NCBI RefSeq assembly: GCF_035084215.1
Contig: NC_090353.1
Coordinates: 29,202,001-29,266,000, forward strand
Source of the DNA: Heptranchias perlo
Lineage: Eukaryota
DNA: 64,000 nucleotides
Direction of reading: 5' to 3'
A program made the translations under genes and the position numbers. This document shows, piece by piece, positions 62,281 through 64,000 of this stretch. Each line of letters starts with the position of its first letter. Position 1 is the first letter of the stretch. The notes beneath the pieces were generated by a model, which was not told the origin of the DNA, made no database searches, and saw only the letters and a program-made list of their open reading frames with translations.

Positions 62281-64000
62281 AAAGAAGAACTTGCATTGAA
62301 ATAGCACCTTTCAATCCGGACGCCCCAAAGCGTTTCACAACCAATGAACTCCTTTTGAACTGTAATTACTGTTGCTCTGTTGACAAATGGGGCAGCCAAT
62401 TTGCACACAGCAAGGTCCCACAGACAGAAAATGAGATGAATGACACAGTTAATCTATGGGTTGAGGGATGAATATCAGCCAGGACACCAAGAAAACTATT
62501 GCCATGGGATCATTGTTATGTCCACTCGAACAAACAGGCAGTGTCTCTGATTAACGTCTGATCTGAAAGATGGTACCTTCGACAATGCAGCACTCCCTCA
62601 GCACTGTACTCAAATCTTTTTGTACAGAACCTTCACTGCAAAGTGAAGGGATGCTCTTCTCTGTGTGTTTTAGTCTTCTCATGATGTGATTGCTGTGTTT
62701 GAACACCAGGCCTCAACCAGCCCATCAGATATTATTATTGACTAAACTGTGCGCATATTGAAATCTGTATTAAGTATATATTTGCTCCAGCCAAGCATTG
62801 CACTGCGTAGTGCCTGCCCTACAGTGCCCTTCCTCCACCAGATCAGAGATTTAGGACCCAATTCTTTAGAGGTAAGCCATTCTCATCAAAACATGCTTAG
62901 AAAAATCCTATTAAACTCAAATCCAGCACCAGTAATGAAAGCTTTAGGCATAAGAAACAAACTTAGTAACAAGAGAATGGTTTCAATGTAGCACAACGTG
63001 CAATTACTCAGGCACTTCTGAGGACCCCAGGGGAGTGCCAGTGATGGACCCGCACGCTGACAGACTAATGAATGAACTGGCTTAGTGAGATCTCAGGAAG
63101 CAGCCTCCATTACAGCGGGGAGAGGTCAAATTCACTTTATTGCCGCCGGCTTCGGGTTGCAGGGGTCGCCCAATGAGTTATCAGCGGGACTGCGACAACC
63201 TTCAAAAGGAGACAAAAAAATAATAATAATGGGCCCCGTGTAGCCGTCTGCAAAGGGGAATTGAATGGCAGGTAGTGTGCTGCTCTGACATTACACACGG
63301 CCCTGTGTCTAACCCCACATTCAACCATGTAGAATGATACATGGATTTCTCTCACTTCCTCTCTCCACTCACATCATCTGAAAGGTTTTAATTAAAAGGA
63401 CTCTGCCTGACATAAAACACTTATTAGTTTTCATCACCTGAGTGAGAGACTAAAATGTTTAGCCTTTCTTGTTCTACAATAATATGCCGTTACTAGATGT
63501 GACAGTTTACTGTTTAACCAGGGAATCGACCAGTCTGGTACTAACAGGTTGCTCCTGCCTTTTTGTGGCAGAGACAGATAACAAGGCAGTCTTTAGGACC
63601 AAACGACTATGTCCCCTTGGCTCCCATCACACCACGGCAAGCCTTTAGAAAATTGCCCTGCTGATATTTTAATTCCGCAGCACGTTTATGATTTTAAAGA
63701 AAGGATACATGGTTTTAATGTGTCCTATTTCTTCTGTTATGTGAACTGGTCAGGGAAGAATTACCGCAGGAGTTCTTATCTTATAGTTCTAATGGCGAGA
63801 ACACTAGAGAACAGTAAACACAAGCCTGTGTCGAAAATTTATTGCAATCCTTTGTTTCCATTGTTTGCAATGGGAAAATGCCAAAGGATGGGCTATAATT
63901 CTTTTTCCTGTACCCGCTGGTACCAGTGAATTATTGTAAAGAGGCACAACAGAGGCCTTCTTAATGGGAACAACTCTACGGCAACTAAGTGTTCCCTTTA

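Noticed and set aside
49256-64000. Expected upstream exon YYEMSYGLNIEMHKQ
   Set aside because: Not found; it presumably lies to the right of the window.

Overview
AT-leaning, repeat-dense vertebrate genomic DNA. The repeat repertoire (Deu-domain tRNA SINEs of the SacSINE1 type, CR1 and L2 LINE 3' fragments, Penelope-like elements, hAT MITEs) points to a cartilaginous fish, probably a shark (inference). The window appears to lie entirely inside one minus-strand gene, a Groucho/TLE co-repressor most like TLE2. Four consecutive coding exons splice in frame with canonical GT-AG sites: 49190-49252, 36368-36442, 31512-31707 and a 23-nt microexon at 27538-27560. They encode the end of the Q domain and the GP domain. 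None appears in the supplied ORF track, whose ORFs are repeat remnants or noise. The flanking exons were not found, so both window ends appear intronic. The most notable non-gene signals are: (i) several minimal type I hammerhead ribozyme motifs in Penelope-derived insertions, three with an intact core and one of these in the sense of the TLE pre-mRNA; (ii) a Penelope insertion with a 14-bp target-site duplication that encloses a copy of neighbouring host DNA; (iii) a ~1 kb 34-bp minisatellite whose unit resembles a branch point plus 3' splice site. I found no convincing wholly new biological system. Repeat boundaries are approximate unless a TSD is given, and family names come from memory of consensus sequences, not from a search.
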